A stretch of 63,987 nucleotides of DNA, the filler included, from Octopus bimaculoides (lineage: Eukaryota): assembly GCF_001194135.2 (NCBI RefSeq). It is 8 parts of 8 records of this genome, joined end to end, with 100 filler letters (N's around TTAATTAATTAA, not from the genome) between each part and the next. Parts side by side here need not be neighbours in the genome. Positions count along the whole stretch, not along the records: positions 62,014 to 63,987 come from NW_026380685.1; 7 more parts are not named here. One strand, given 5' to 3'. The notes under the pieces were generated by a model. That model worked only from the letters and a program-made list of their open reading frames with translations. It had not been told where the DNA came from and ran no database searches. Within the stretch, counting starts at the first letter, position 1; every line of letters starts with the position of its first letter. Made by a program: the position numbers and the translations under genes. Below, in pieces: positions 63,409 through 63,987 of the stretch.

Positions 63409-63987
63409 CTCCTAAAGACACGCATAGGCTCAAAAGAAATGAAGTTAGCATGATCCGCTGGATGCGTAATGTCAGTGTGCACACACAACAGAGTCTAAGC
63501 ACCCTGCGAGAAATGTTAGACATAAGAAGCATGGGGTGAGGTGGTGAAGCATGACCTTGAAACATTGGGCCTCACAGTGGCAATGACAAAACACCGAGAC
63601 CTCTAGAGGTATGCTGTGACTGAGAAGAACCGGCAAATAAAGTGAGTTCACAGCTGTAACCTACACTAATGTTGCGTAACCAACCCACACAAAAGTACCT
63701 TGGATCGTAGGGCAACATGCCGTGCTTGAGGAGACCTATTGAGTCAAGTACATCAACATCAATATCAGAATCAAATCAAATGGAAATTGTAGCTGTGACC
63801 CCCATGCCGGTGGCACATAAAAAGCACCATCCGATTATGGCCGATGCCAGTGCTGCCTTGACTGGCTTCTGTGCCGGTGGCATGTAAAAAGCACCATCCA
63901 ATCATGGTTGATGCCAGCTCCTCTGGCCCGTGTGCTGGTAGCACATAAAAAGCACCCACTACACTCTTGGAGTGGTTGGCGTTAGGA
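63403..63987 (+). mobile_element. RTE LINE 3' portion, internally deleted
   Basis: RLKRNEVSMIRWMRNVSVH...LREML joined directly to WGEVVKHDL; 3' UTR modules continue to the window end. Confidence 0.85.

Overview
AT-rich eukaryotic (animal) scaffold DNA. The SINE families, RTE and Penelope content and dense microsatellites look like an octopus/cephalopod genome; this is recognition only and was not searched. Most of the window is decayed or nested transposons: Tc1/mariner, hAT-like, Merlin-like, piggyBac, Helitron, three Penelope-like elements, two Ty3/Gypsy, one R4-type RLE LINE, many RTE fragments and tRNA-derived SINEs. Seven artificial 100-bp spacers (44 N + TTAATTAATTAA + 44 N) split the window into eight segments. 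No intact transposon ORF, rRNA, true tRNA or CRISPR array is supported. The most interesting signals are: (1) a candidate minus-strand host gene with a signal-peptide exon (60987-60915) phase-compatible with an EGF-like exon that has a textbook splice acceptor (starts 56335, cut by a spacer); (2) an 87-bp palindrome-rich satellite of about 23 units inside that putative intron; (3) a three-level transposon nest at 2238-4355 whose two inner elements have exact 8-bp target-site duplications; (4) a hammerhead-ribozyme relic just downstream of a Penelope endonuclease; (5) several foldback or inversion structures. I found no convincing evidence of a wholly new biological system.
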